Counted from the first letter of the stretch, positions 39,029 to 48,784 are shown. The stretch is DNA of 64,000 nt from an uncultured virus (IMG/VR IMGVR_UViG_3300025736_000022) (IMGVR_UViG_3300025736_000022); one strand, 5' to 3'. Numbers and translations are program-made. The notes: generated by a model not told the origin, from the letters alone.

Positions 39029-39631
39029 ATGGCAACGAAAAAGACAAACGAGCGAACGAACAAGAGAACGAGCAAGAAGACTGCATCGAAGGCCCCCAAG
39101 ATTCTGGCTGTGACTCGCAAAGATGGTGTCAGCCTGATGAAGACGTTTGGCTTCACCGCTCCCCACAAACTCACCAATGAAAAACTGCTCATGCGGCTCC
39201 ACAAAACTGGCCAGTACATGGAGGCGTTTGACGGGACGCTCACCAGTAACGACCAGAAGTTGGTGAAAACCATTATCGCTGCTGGCGATAATATCAGTGT
39301 CGATGCCAGTGATCCGGCGCATGCTGAGCCGAAAGATACCACCAAGAAAGCCACCAAAAAGACGACCAAGAAAACCAAGGCTGCTGCGAAACCCGTAGCA
39401 AAAAAGAGTGCCAAGAGGTTCGATTGCATATGTAGCACGCTGAAAAAGCTCCCGGTCAAAGGCGCTTCAATCGAACAGGTTGCCAAACTTGCCAACTCGA
39501 AGTATATAAAGGCTGGTGGCAAGGACAATGCGAAACAGACTGTGTGGCTCCTCCGCGCCTGTGTTTTGCCCGCACTCGTACACTTCGACATCGTCAGGGT
39601 AGAGAAGGGCAGAATCTTCCCGAGCAAGTAG
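39029..39631 (+). CDS. Lys/Thr/Ala-rich putative DNA-binding protein
   Basis: MATKKTNERTNKRTSKKTASK and TTKKATKKTTKKTKAAAKPVAKK, with a TTTGGAAAGG RBS. Confidence 0.6.
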   Translation: MATKKTNERTNKRTSKKTASKAPKILAVTRKDGVSLMKTFGFTAPHKLTNEKLLMRLHKTGQYMEAFDGTLTSNDQKLVKTIIAAGDNISVDASDPAHAEPKDTTKKATKKTTKKTKAAAKPVAKKSAKRFDCICSTLKKLPVKGASIEQVAKLANSKYIKAGGKDNAKQTVWLLRACVLPALVHFDIVRVEKGRIFPSK

Positions 39632-39770
39632 TGTTATTACGACAATCAAATCGATTCATGTGGTGCTCTTAGTTTCGACTATTAGCACCACATTTCATTT
39701 AGTGCGATAATATTATTAAAGGTTTATTTTTGTCGAATCGTTAACCGAAAACGTCTGTTAGTAAGGGGAA

Positions 39771-40802
39771 ATGACAATGTCCAAAATCAAGCGAGAGCAA
39801 TTATTGAAAGAACTGAATTCGGTTGTCCCTGGTTTGTCTGAGCGTGAAATCGTCGAACAGTCGTCATGTTTTGTATTCAAGGATGGAAAAGTCTACACAT
39901 TCAATGACGAAATAGCTTGCTGGGCTAGATCCTCTTTGGGCATCACTGGGGCGGTGTCCGCCAAAAAGCTGATTAGCCTCTTGCAAAGTATGCCCGAAGA
40001 AAATCTAAATATCACCACATCCAAAAAGGGCAAGCTGATCATCAAGGGAATGCACAAACAGGCTACATATGCTCTCGAATCTAAAATCGCCCTGCCCATT
40101 GAATCTATCAAAAGCCCCAAGACATGGAAATCCCTGCCATCTGATTTTCTTGAAGGCTTATCGTTGGTGGCTGATTGTGCAGGCCGTGACGAATCCAATT
40201 TTGTTTTGACTTGTATTCATATCGCACCAGAAAAACTTGAAGCCAGCGACAATACTCGTCTAGCTAAGTTCAACACGAAAACCGATGTGCGACGATCTAT
40301 GCTTATCCGCAAAGATACCGTCAAACATCTAATAACTGCTCAGGTGACCAAATTTGGAGAGACAAAAGATTGGGTTCACTTCCGCCGCAATAACGGCCCA
40401 ATCATTTGCTGTCGTCGATACACCGAAAGCTTTCCTGACTCGGACGAAGGTTTTAAAATCAGTGGAAAAAAAATGACCTTGCCGAAAGGACTAGAAAAGG
40501 CTGCGCGCCGTGCTGCTATTTTCAGCGCTGACAATCCAGAGGACAGTGACATATTCGTTACACTCACTACCAACCGGGCCTTAGTTCGGGGCACTGGCAC
40601 AGGTGCGGAATTTCAGGAAATCAAAAAGATAAAATATGTAGGGAAGCCATTGACCTTTTTGATTTCACCTACACAACTAATAGCATTAACCCATAAACAC
40701 AACAGCTGTATTGTATCACAAGAAAAGCTGAAAGCCACAAGCGGACAATTTGAATTTGTAGCGGCTTTGGGCGTAACTCCTCAAGAAAGCGATGCTGAAT
40801 AA
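39771..40802 (+). CDS. DNA sliding clamp (Pol III beta-like)
   Basis: 343 aa with KIKRE.LLK.L..V.P, L.CIHI....LEASDN.RL and YTE.FPD motifs. Confidence 0.72.
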   Translation: MTMSKIKREQLLKELNSVVPGLSEREIVEQSSCFVFKDGKVYTFNDEIACWARSSLGITGAVSAKKLISLLQSMPEENLNITTSKKGKLIIKGMHKQATYALESKIALPIESIKSPKTWKSLPSDFLEGLSLVADCAGRDESNFVLTCIHIAPEKLEASDNTRLAKFNTKTDVRRSMLIRKDTVKHLITAQVTKFGETKDWVHFRRNNGPIICCRRYTESFPDSDEGFKISGKKMTLPKGLEKAARRAAIFSADNPEDSDIFVTLTTNRALVRGTGTGAEFQEIKKIKYVGKPLTFLISPTQLIALTHKHNSCIVSQEKLKATSGQFEFVAALGVTPQESDAE

Positions 40803-41551
40803 TGTGTGCTTTACGCTCTACACGAACTCGAATTATCTGCGGCGATAGTTTGAAGGTATTGCCAAAATTGCTTCCAGCCAAACTTGTGTTTGCTGATCCT
40901 CCAGACAATATCAAGGCTCCATACAGAGGCTTTGATGATCATTGGAAGAGTAAAGAAGCATACCATGAGTGGCTCAAAAGGATGATGAAAATTGGAGTGT
41001 ATAGCAGCGAAATCTTTTGGATGAGCTTTAACTGCGCACACAACTCCAGTGCATGGTCATCAAGTAGGCACTTTGAGTACAGAGGAAACTTGGTGCGGGA
41101 GATTATCTGGCGGTATACTTTTGGTCAGCACAACAAACACGATAGTACGGGTGGCTATCGGCCCATGATCCGCATTAGCAATCCCGAAGCCAAACTCTAT
41201 CCAAATGCTATCCGAGTTGAATCATGGAGACAGAAGCACAACGACCCACGAGCTAATCCAGATGGGCGTGTGCCTGACGCCGTGTGGGAATTCCCGCGTG
41301 TAGTTGGCAATGCAGAAGAACGGGTCAAATGGTCCGTTACACAGCACCCCCAGAAGTTAATGGAACGGATAATAAGACTTTGCTGTGTGCCCGGCGATAC
41401 TGTGATTGACATGTTTGGGCACAGTTTTACTACAGCGCGTGTATGTAAACGCTTGGGTATCGATAGCATATCCATCGAGATAAGCCCATACTATTGCCGC
41501 AAAGGTGCCAAGGAGTTGGGGTGTAAAGTTGAATATGCAGAGGACGTGTAA
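40802..41551 (+). CDS. N4/N6 DNA methyltransferase-like protein (beta class) with divergent motifs
   Basis: IICGDSL, FADPPDN, VWEFPRV, QHPQKLMERII and GDTVIDMFGHSFTT motifs. Confidence 0.75.
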   Translation: MCALRSTRTRIICGDSLKVLPKLLPAKLVFADPPDNIKAPYRGFDDHWKSKEAYHEWLKRMMKIGVYSSEIFWMSFNCAHNSSAWSSSRHFEYRGNLVREIIWRYTFGQHNKHDSTGGYRPMIRISNPEAKLYPNAIRVESWRQKHNDPRANPDGRVPDAVWEFPRVVGNAEERVKWSVTQHPQKLMERIIRLCCVPGDTVIDMFGHSFTTARVCKRLGIDSISIEISPYYCRKGAKELGCKVEYAEDV

Positions 41552-41554
41552 GCG

Positions 41555-42790
41555 ATGAAAAAAGGATTCTTTTCCACAAACGACATATCCACATCTAAAT
41601 CGATGAGTACCACACCCCGATGCGGTCTATGCAAATTACATCGAACGTGTATACATCCCAAGATGCCGCCTACAGGTAAAGGGCGAAAGCGATTGTTGTT
41701 TGTAGCTGAAGCTCCGGGTCGTTTGGAAGACGAAAAAAACACACAATTGATCGGAAAATCTGGACAGTACTTGCGTTCGAGGTTGAAACGTTATGGCATA
41801 AACTTAGATGTGGATGCCCAAAAAACAAACGCTGTGATTTGTCGTCCCCCAAAAAACGAAACACCAACAAGCGCTCAAATTGCAGCATGTCGTCCTAACG
41901 TGCTGAGAGAGATAGAAAGTTTTCAACCCACCTGTATCATATTGTTAGGTGCCACTGCTGTTGAATCTGTAATACCTATCTTTTGGAAAGACAAAATCGA
42001 CGCATTCTCACGATGGACTGGATGGCATATACCTATACAAAATAAAAACGTTTGGATATGCCCCACTTATCATCCCTCATATATACTACGCAAACCAGGA
42101 AAACAATACACAATGCTTTTTAACCGGCATATCAAAGCGGCAATCAAACTGCAAAAACTACCATGGGTAAAAGTACCGGATTATAGTTCGGGAATAGAAA
42201 TCATCACATCCCCCTCCCAAGCGGGCCGATACTTATATCAACTATATCGATCTAAGCCCGCACACGCCACCTGGGACTTGGAAGCGTCCAGCCTGAAGCC
42301 TGATACCCCTGGTGCAGAGATCGTTTGCTGTAGCGTGTGTACGGGCCCACAAACGGTAGTGTTCCCATGGGCTGGCGACGCGGTAGACGAAATGTTAGCG
42401 ATTCTCCGGAATCCACACATCCGAAAGATAGCAGCCAACAATAAATTTGAACATCGTTGGATTTTGCACAAACATAAGATACATGTAAAAGGTTGGTATT
42501 ATGACGTGGTGCTTGGGGCGCATGCCCTAGACAACAGGCCAAAGGTAACGGGTGTAAAATTCCAATCGTTCGTACGGCTAGGACAACAAAGTTACAATGA
42601 TCATATCGAACCATATCTCCGTGCGCCTGCATATAAACTCAACCGAATCCTTCAACTGCCTATTACCGATGTGATGTTGTATTGTGGTATGGATTCGAAA
42701 GTAGAAGATGAATTAGCGATAATACAAATACCTGAATTGGTAAAACAAGGAAAGGCTCACCGACGTGCAATGCAAACCCATAACGCATGA
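41555..42790 (+). CDS. Family-4 uracil-DNA glycosylase domain fused to 3'-5' exonuclease (N-terminal part of split DNA polymerase)
   Basis: CGLCKL..C, AEAPG, NAVICRPP and TYHPSY motifs, then WDLEAS, N.KFE and YCGMDS (ExoI-III). Confidence 0.88.
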   Translation: MKKGFFSTNDISTSKSMSTTPRCGLCKLHRTCIHPKMPPTGKGRKRLLFVAEAPGRLEDEKNTQLIGKSGQYLRSRLKRYGINLDVDAQKTNAVICRPPKNETPTSAQIAACRPNVLREIESFQPTCIILLGATAVESVIPIFWKDKIDAFSRWTGWHIPIQNKNVWICPTYHPSYILRKPGKQYTMLFNRHIKAAIKLQKLPWVKVPDYSSGIEIITSPSQAGRYLYQLYRSKPAHATWDLEASSLKPDTPGAEIVCCSVCTGPQTVVFPWAGDAVDEMLAILRNPHIRKIAANNKFEHRWILHKHKIHVKGWYYDVVLGAHALDNRPKVTGVKFQSFVRLGQQSYNDHIEPYLRAPAYKLNRILQLPITDVMLYCGMDSKVEDELAIIQIPELVKQGKAHRRAMQTHNA

Positions 42791-44159
42791 TGGGTATCAA
42801 TTGTTTCAACAAGGATCAATTACGCTTGCAGAAATGGAGTGTAATGGATTTTGTATTGATACTGCATATATAGATCGCGCCCAAAAGCACTTAAGTGTAA
42901 AAATTCAAGAGCTTACGGCGCGTATGAAAGAGGATAAGGTCTATCGCGTTTGGAAACGAAAGTATGGCCTCAAAATGAACTTTGGTAGTCGTGAACAATT
43001 AGGCGATATTGTTTTCAACGAACTTGAACTGGCGAAAGGCACACGAACTGCAACGGGACGGTACAAAGCTGACAAAGCAGCACTTGAAAATATTGACCTG
43101 CCGTTTTTAGAATGGTATACAAAACTTGAACAGTTCAAAAAAGCTAAAGGTACATACTTGAACGGAATTCAACGCCATACAGATGCAGAAGGTTTCATTC
43201 ACCCATTTTTTGGTTTGGATACAGTTAGAACTTTTCGTGGTTCTTGTGCTGACCCAAACCTACAAAATATACCCATTCGAGATCCCATTATTAAAAAACT
43301 TGTACGCCGCGCATTCATTCCGCGCGGACTAAATAGACATATTGTGGAACATGATTTTAGTGGCGTAGAAGTCAAAACAGCTGCCTGTTATAATCACGAC
43401 CCAACACTCATCAGATATATCAAAGACAAAAAATCTGACATGCACCGAGATATGTGTATGCAAATCTATTGTTTGACCATTAAAGAATATACAGATGCCT
43501 TACGTCACTGTGCAAAAAATCTGTTTGTGTTTCCTGAATTTTACGGCGATTGGTATCTCAGTTGTGCTCAATCGTTATGGTATGCTGTGCAACGATTACA
43601 TCTGAAAACAAAAACAGGTGAGGATGTGTTTAAACATCTTCGTCGTCACGGCATTACAAAACTAGGTCGGTGTGTTCCGGGAGAAACCCCTTTACCCCAC
43701 AGCTTTGAAGGCCATATCAAAAAGGTTGAAAAAGACTTCTGGGAAAACAGATTTCGTGTGTATACAGAATGGAAGTGGGATTGGTGGGAAGATTATTTAG
43801 ACAGAGGATTCTTTGATACCCTCACGGGCTTTCGTATTTCTGGTGCTATGGATCGCAAGAAAGTCATAAACTATCCAATTCAAGGTAGTGCGTTTCATTG
43901 CTTATTATGGTGCCTAATCCGCATCAATAAACTATTACAAAAATATAAGATGAAGACAAAGCTTATTGGACAAATTCACGACAGTGTAATTGCTGATGTG
44001 CTACACCGTGAATTGAAAGACTATATTGAAATAGCCCATCAGGTTATGACAATTGATTTACGTAAACATTGGGGTTGGATTATTGTCCCTGTAGGTGTTG
44101 ATGCAGAAGTTGCACCGATGGGCCGCAGCTGGTATGAAAAGGCGAAGTATAAGCCGTGA
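42765..44159 (+). CDS. DNA polymerase family A, polymerase domain
   Basis: PNLQNIP, DFSGVEVK (motif A), R..AK...F..FYG (motif B), NYPIQG and QIHDS (motif C). Confidence 0.93.
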   Translation: MQCKPITHDGYQLFQQGSITLAEMECNGFCIDTAYIDRAQKHLSVKIQELTARMKEDKVYRVWKRKYGLKMNFGSREQLGDIVFNELELAKGTRTATGRYKADKAALENIDLPFLEWYTKLEQFKKAKGTYLNGIQRHTDAEGFIHPFFGLDTVRTFRGSCADPNLQNIPIRDPIIKKLVRRAFIPRGLNRHIVEHDFSGVEVKTAACYNHDPTLIRYIKDKKSDMHRDMCMQIYCLTIKEYTDALRHCAKNLFVFPEFYGDWYLSCAQSLWYAVQRLHLKTKTGEDVFKHLRRHGITKLGRCVPGETPLPHSFEGHIKKVEKDFWENRFRVYTEWKWDWWEDYLDRGFFDTLTGFRISGAMDRKKVINYPIQGSAFHCLLWCLIRINKLLQKYKMKTKLIGQIHDSVIADVLHRELKDYIEIAHQVMTIDLRKHWGWIIVPVGVDAEVAPMGRSWYEKAKYKP

Positions 44160-44182
44160 AATGCTAAAAAAGGAGAAACGCC

Positions 44183-45112
44183 ATGGAACTGTATCGCAAA
44201 TTCAGACCAACGAAATTACAAGATGTTTATGGACAACCACAAGCAATCAAAGCACTACAGGCCATGGTGATCAAGAAAAAAATACCCCATGTAATGATGT
44301 TTTCAGGTCATTCTGGATCAGGGAAAACTACAAGTGCCCGAATAATGCGGCGGCACATCAAATGTGGGATACCTGATTTTTCAGAAATGAACTGTGCCGA
44401 TATTCGAGGCATCGATGCTGTCCGGGATATTCGCAAATCTATGCACTTGAAACCTATGAATGGTACGTCCAAGTTATGGCTGATTGATGAAGCCCACAGA
44501 CTAACGGGTGGCGCCCAAGAAGCCATGCTCAAAATATTGGAAGATGTGCCATCTCATGTTTACTTCATTTTGTGTACTACCGATCCAAACAAGTTGACAC
44601 GAACGGTACGTGACCGATGTTTCCCAGTCAAATTCAAACCGCTAAATGCATCTGCTATTGAACAATCACTTCTGTATATTGAAAAGCAGATTGAAACACG
44701 AATAGACAAAAAGGTTCAAGCCACAATTATCGAACAAGCTGACGGGTCTGCCCGCCGTGCCATCGAAATGTTGGAAGGTGTTGTACTCCTGGCCGACAAA
44801 AACGAACAACTAGAATGGTTGGAGGGTGCGGCTGAAGAACAACGACAAATTATAGACCTATGCCGTTTGTTGTTCAGCTTCAAAACGGATTGGAATAATA
44901 CATCTGGGCTCTTAACAGCATTGGCATCATCTGATGCCGAATCTATTCGATGGGCTGTGATTGGATATGCCCGCGCCATCCTGCTAAAAAACAATCATCG
45001 AAAATTACAACAACGTGCTTGTCGTATTATTCAGACGTTTGAAGGTAATTTCTACGACAGCAAACATGCAGGATTAGCAATGGCCTGCTACCAAATCGTT
45101 GTTGAAGATTAG
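44183..45112 (+). CDS. Clamp loader (Pol III gamma/tau-like AAA+)
   Basis: LYRKFRP..L.DVYGQ, GHSGSGKTT, LIDEAH and LKILE motifs. Confidence 0.9.
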   Translation: MELYRKFRPTKLQDVYGQPQAIKALQAMVIKKKIPHVMMFSGHSGSGKTTSARIMRRHIKCGIPDFSEMNCADIRGIDAVRDIRKSMHLKPMNGTSKLWLIDEAHRLTGGAQEAMLKILEDVPSHVYFILCTTDPNKLTRTVRDRCFPVKFKPLNASAIEQSLLYIEKQIETRIDKKVQATIIEQADGSARRAIEMLEGVVLLADKNEQLEWLEGAAEEQRQIIDLCRLLFSFKTDWNNTSGLLTALASSDAESIRWAVIGYARAILLKNNHRKLQQRACRIIQTFEGNFYDSKHAGLAMACYQIVVED

Positions 45113-45117
45113 CAGAT

Positions 45118-45133
45118 CGATAATATAGGTAGA
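45118..45133 (+). promoter_or_regulatory. Phage-specific promoter-like motif CGATAATATAGGTAGA
   Basis: Intergenic, and identical to 19446..19461 (-). Confidence 0.55.
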
Positions 45134-45148
45134 AACAAAAACAGATGT

Positions 45149-45652
45149 ATGGAGATAACTATAGTGAAGACAAGTGCTAAAAGAATTTTGAACCCAGATC
45201 CGACACAATTAGATCGGGAATGGGTATTGCAACCGAAGTTGCTACTTGAATTTGCTGATCAGTTAAGTACAAAGAGAAAAGAGCACGACAGACAAAAGGC
45301 TTTGAATGAAATAGCCGATGCCAAATTGTCATTGCGGGTACGTTCCAATCCAAGTAAATACAAACTCAAATCGGTAAACGAAACAGCAATCAAAAACGTG
45401 GTGTGTAGTCATCCGGCTTACGGAAAACGTGTGCTGTTACTAATCGATTTGCGGGAAGAGGTTGATCATCTATCCAATATGGTAACCGCCATCGAACACC
45501 GCAAACGCGCATTGGAAGGTTTGGTATCACTTCATGGTCAAAAGTATTTCAGCGTACCGCGTGCAGATGAAACAGGAACCAGACAGCTACAAGAGAATCG
45601 CACAAGACGTGTAAGTAGTCGCGTTAACAAGACCAAAAAAAGACGTGCTTGA
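45149..45652 (+). CDS. UvsY-like recombination mediator
   Basis: Helical protein with E.AI...V......Y.......A.EHR...L..L. Lies next to the SSB and RecA-like genes. Confidence 0.5.
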   Translation: MEITIVKTSAKRILNPDPTQLDREWVLQPKLLLEFADQLSTKRKEHDRQKALNEIADAKLSLRVRSNPSKYKLKSVNETAIKNVVCSHPAYGKRVLLLIDLREEVDHLSNMVTAIEHRKRALEGLVSLHGQKYFSVPRADETGTRQLQENRTRRVSSRVNKTKKRRA

Positions 45653-45653
45653 A

Positions 45654-45821
45654 ATGAATACAACAATCATAATCATTCTAGCTGTAGTGCCGTTTGTGTT
45701 ACCTATCGTTGCATTTGGTATTATGAAATATGGCACGTTTGGATACATGAAAGGTAAAACACTAGCAAATAGATTAAAAACCGAATTCAACCCCGTGCGA
45801 AAGGACAAAAATGAAACGTAG
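45654..45821 (+). CDS. Small membrane protein (55 aa)
   Basis: Read manually: MNTTIIIILAVVPFVLPIVAFGIMKYGTFGY... Confidence 0.5.
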   Translation: MNTTIIIILAVVPFVLPIVAFGIMKYGTFGYMKGKTLANRLKTEFNPVRKDKNET

Positions 45822-47097
45822 AAAGACGCGATACAAACGTGGAATGGCTTCACATGGATCAAAACAAGCACAGAAGAGATCATCCGAATTGTACACCAGT
45901 CGTGCTCTAGCATTGCCGAAAAACGTGAGTATGATACAAATCAAAAGTGACGATCCCATACGTCTCGACATCTTGCCATACATGGTAGGTGCGGGCAATC
46001 CGTTTGCTGATCCAGGTGCGTTCTCTTTCGAGCGTACGTATTTCGTACACAAATCTGTTGGGCCAAACAATGACACCGTCGTATGCCCTGCAACAGGCCC
46101 TAAACCATATGGGCTATGCCCTATCTGCGAACAAGTAGCTGTATTACGCGAAGACGTTGATGCCGATGAAGATTTTATCAAATCACTAAAGCCGAAGCGC
46201 CGGCAAGTTTTCAACGTGATTGATACAAAAGACCGCAAACGCGGAGTGCAGATATTCGATATTTCCTACCATCTGTTCGGCAAGCTGCTGGAAGAGTATT
46301 TGGATGATGAGGAAACGCAAGACCAACTTGAAGGCTGGTGTGAATTTGAAGGAGGTAAAACTTTACGACTGGGTTTGAACGAAAAAACGTACAACCGCCA
46401 GAAATTCTTTGAAGTTAGTCGAATCAATTTTCTGGATCGCAAACGTGATTATAACCCAGACCGTATGCTGAAGCAAGTTGTGTGCCTTGACGACATCATC
46501 AAAGTGTTGCCGTACAAGGAAATCAAAGAGTTGTTTCTCCGAACGGGAGAATCAAAATCGGAAACTTCTAATACAAGGAGTAAGAAAGTGAAAGCAATTG
46601 AGAAAATGTCCGCCAAAGAACTCAAGAAGTTCATCTACATGAATGACTTGGACGTAGATCCGGATGAGTTTGATAAACTCGGGGATCTGCGTGAAGCCGT
46701 GATGGATGAGGTGAGTGAGGCTTCCGCCCCAAGCGCTAAGGCCAAGACAAAAGCCAAGACAAAGGCCAAGGGCAAGAAGGCTAAGAAAGAGGAAGAGGAA
46801 TTCGAGGACGAAGAGTCCGAAGACGAGGATGAATTCGAGGACGAGGACGAAGAGTCTGAGGACGAAGATGAGTCCGAAGATGAGTCCGAAGATGAGTCCG
46901 AAGAGGAAGAGTTTGAAGAGGAGGAAGAGGAAGAGTTTGAAGAGGAGGAAGAGGAAGAGTCTGAAGGTGAGGAAGAGGAAGAGTTTGAAGAGGAAGAGGA
47001 AGAGGAAGAGTTTGAAGAGGAAGAGGAAGAGGAGCCAGCACCCAAGAAGAAGAAAAAGAGCACGAAGAAAAAAACCAAGAAGAAAGGCCGAAAGTAA
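45811..47097 (+). CDS. ssDNA-binding protein (gp32-like) with very long acidic tail
   Basis: DILPY...H..VG....VCP......CPICE...R..FNVID....G.Q.F core, an ~80-residue E/D tract, then a poly-K tail. Confidence 0.78.
   Translation: MKRRKTRYKRGMASHGSKQAQKRSSELYTSRALALPKNVSMIQIKSDDPIRLDILPYMVGAGNPFADPGAFSFERTYFVHKSVGPNNDTVVCPATGPKPYGLCPICEQVAVLREDVDADEDFIKSLKPKRRQVFNVIDTKDRKRGVQIFDISYHLFGKLLEEYLDDEETQDQLEGWCEFEGGKTLRLGLNEKTYNRQKFFEVSRINFLDRKRDYNPDRMLKQVVCLDDIIKVLPYKEIKELFLRTGESKSETSNTRSKKVKAIEKMSAKELKKFIYMNDLDVDPDEFDKLGDLREAVMDEVSEASAPSAKAKTKAKTKAKGKKAKKEEEEFEDEESEDEDEFEDEDEESEDEDESEDESEDESEEEEFEEEEEEEFEEEEEEESEGEEEEEFEEEEEEEEFEEEEEEEPAPKKKKKSTKKKTKKKGRK
46789..47034 (+). repeat. Low-complexity GAA/GAG tandem repeat encoding poly-Glu
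   Basis: Repeated GAGGAAGAGTTTGAAGAG and GAAGATGAGTCC units. Confidence 0.9.
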
Positions 47098-47130
47098 CAA
47101 CTGAAAGTCTAACTCAGCCGAACGAATACG

Positions 47131-47174
47131 GAATGCTGGGCTGGGATGCGTAGTCCTAGTCCAGCATTCTTTTT
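47131..47174 (+). terminator. Intrinsic terminator
   Basis: GAATGCTGG...CCAGCATTC followed by TTTTT. Confidence 0.7.
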
Positions 47175-47186
47175 GAGATAATTCTT

Positions 47187-48275
47187 ATGCACCATAAAAC
47201 TGAAAAACTCGTCAAGCAGTTTTTTGCCACAGACTATAACCGCGTTGGTCTCAAGTACGGACTTAGCACGGGCAGCACCATGTTGAATCTTGCATGTAGT
47301 GATAATCCAGCTTATGGATTTGTCAAAGGCGGATACTACCTTATCGTGGGGGATAGCAAAAGCGGTAAGACATGGTTGTCGTTATCGTGTATGGCTGAGG
47401 CTGCACACAATCCACGATTCGCCAAATACCGTTTCATCTATGATAATGGTGAAGGTGGAGCTATGATGAACTTGGAAAAGTTCTTCGGAAAGAAAATGGC
47501 TTCCCGTATAGAACCTCCAGAAATAGATAAACGAGGAAATGCTGTTCACTCATATTTTCTGGAGGATTTTTACTATCACGTGAATGATGCGTTACAACAA
47601 GGACAACCATTCATTTATGTGCAAGATAGTGCTGATGTGTTAACGAGCCACGCCGAGGAAAAGAAGTTCAATGAACAAAAGTTAGCACATCGAAAGGGCA
47701 AAACACCAGCAGGTAAAATGACCGATGGCAAAGCCGCTATCAACTCCCAAGATTTGCGCCGTCTACTAACTCCATTACGCAGAAACAGCAGCATCCTAAT
47801 CATCATAAATCAGACACGCGCTAATTTAGGTTTTGGTTATGCGGAGAAAACACAGAGCGGGGGAAAGGCTCTGACATTTTATGCTGGCATAGTTATGTGG
47901 AGTAGTGTCAAAGGCAAAATCATCAAAGCGATAAAGGGTAAGCCAAGACAAATAGGCACTTACTGCGAAGTGCGAATACAAAAGAATCGAATCACGGGGA
48001 AAGACCGCAGAGTAATAGTACCCATATACTGGAGTTGTGGGATTGATGATATTGGTGCTTGTGTTGATTTTCTGGTGGATGAAAACCACTGGGTTCAACC
48101 TAAAGGCAGCAGTATCATTACGGCATCTGATTTGGGCCTTAAGGGAAAACGTGAATCTTTGATTCGAGCTATTGAGCGTAAAGGACTCGAGCGCGATGTG
48201 CGGGAGACCGTAGCAGAAGTGTGGGCTGAAATCGAAGCAGCTTGTGAAGTGAAGCGCAAACCTAGATATGAATAA
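47187..48275 (+). CDS. RecA/UvsX-like recombinase
   Basis: LSTGS..LN.A, GDSKSGKT, QDS, INQTR, SGGKAL.FYA and KNRI motifs. Confidence 0.88.
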   Translation: MHHKTEKLVKQFFATDYNRVGLKYGLSTGSTMLNLACSDNPAYGFVKGGYYLIVGDSKSGKTWLSLSCMAEAAHNPRFAKYRFIYDNGEGGAMMNLEKFFGKKMASRIEPPEIDKRGNAVHSYFLEDFYYHVNDALQQGQPFIYVQDSADVLTSHAEEKKFNEQKLAHRKGKTPAGKMTDGKAAINSQDLRRLLTPLRRNSSILIIINQTRANLGFGYAEKTQSGGKALTFYAGIVMWSSVKGKIIKAIKGKPRQIGTYCEVRIQKNRITGKDRRVIVPIYWSCGIDDIGACVDFLVDENHWVQPKGSSIITASDLGLKGKRESLIRAIERKGLERDVRETVAEVWAEIEAACEVKRKPRYE

Positions 48276-48784
48276 TTCAATGGGACGAATAGGTGTGCTA
48301 TGAAACGTATTCCGCTCACACAAGGTCAATACGCACTTGTCGATGATAAAGTCTACGTGAAACTTTCCAGATACAAATGGTACGCGTTGTGGAGCAAGCG
48401 TACGCAGAGTTTCTATGCTGTACGCGGTATCCGCCTGACAAATGGCAAACTTACAATAGAAAGGATGCACAGACGAATATTAGGTTTGAAATATGGGGAT
48501 AAACGTCAAGGTGACCATATCAATCACAACACACTGGATAATCGAAGGTTCAATATCAGGATTGTTACACACCAGGAAAACCAACACAATCGACGAAGCA
48601 AAGGATACTATAAACAGGGACGGAAGTATCATGCCCAGATCAGAATGGATGGCATGCAAATATATCTTGGAATGTTCGATACACGTGCCGAAGCTCGCGC
48701 GGCATATTTGAAGGCAAAACGAATCTATCATCCATCGGCACCTATCCCGAAAGATTGAAGGGGAAACCTCGATATGAATAATTC
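48258..48784 (+). mobile_element. HNH endonuclease cassette flanked by 21-bp direct repeats
   Basis: aaacct(a/c)gatatgaataattc at 48258..48278 and 48764..48784 (20/21 identical). Confidence 0.75.
48300..48758 (+). CDS. HNH homing endonuclease with AP2-like domain (close paralogue of 16334..16789)
   Basis: LTQGQYALVDDKVY.KLSRYKW...DHINHNTLDNRRFNIR...KRIYHPSAPI is shared with the other copy. Confidence 0.88.
   Translation: MKRIPLTQGQYALVDDKVYVKLSRYKWYALWSKRTQSFYAVRGIRLTNGKLTIERMHRRILGLKYGDKRQGDHINHNTLDNRRFNIRIVTHQENQHNRRSKGYYKQGRKYHAQIRMDGMQIYLGMFDTRAEARAAYLKAKRIYHPSAPIPKD

Noticed and set aside
38815..39627. 270-aa antisense ORF
   Set aside because: It mirrors the Lys-rich + strand gene, which has a promoter and RBS, and shows no recognisable motif.
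46552..47104. Poly-Ser, Leu/Phe-rich, Arg/Lys-rich and Pro/Leu-rich ORFs in alternative frames
   Set aside because: They are shadow frames of the GAA/GAG repeat encoding the SSB acidic tail.
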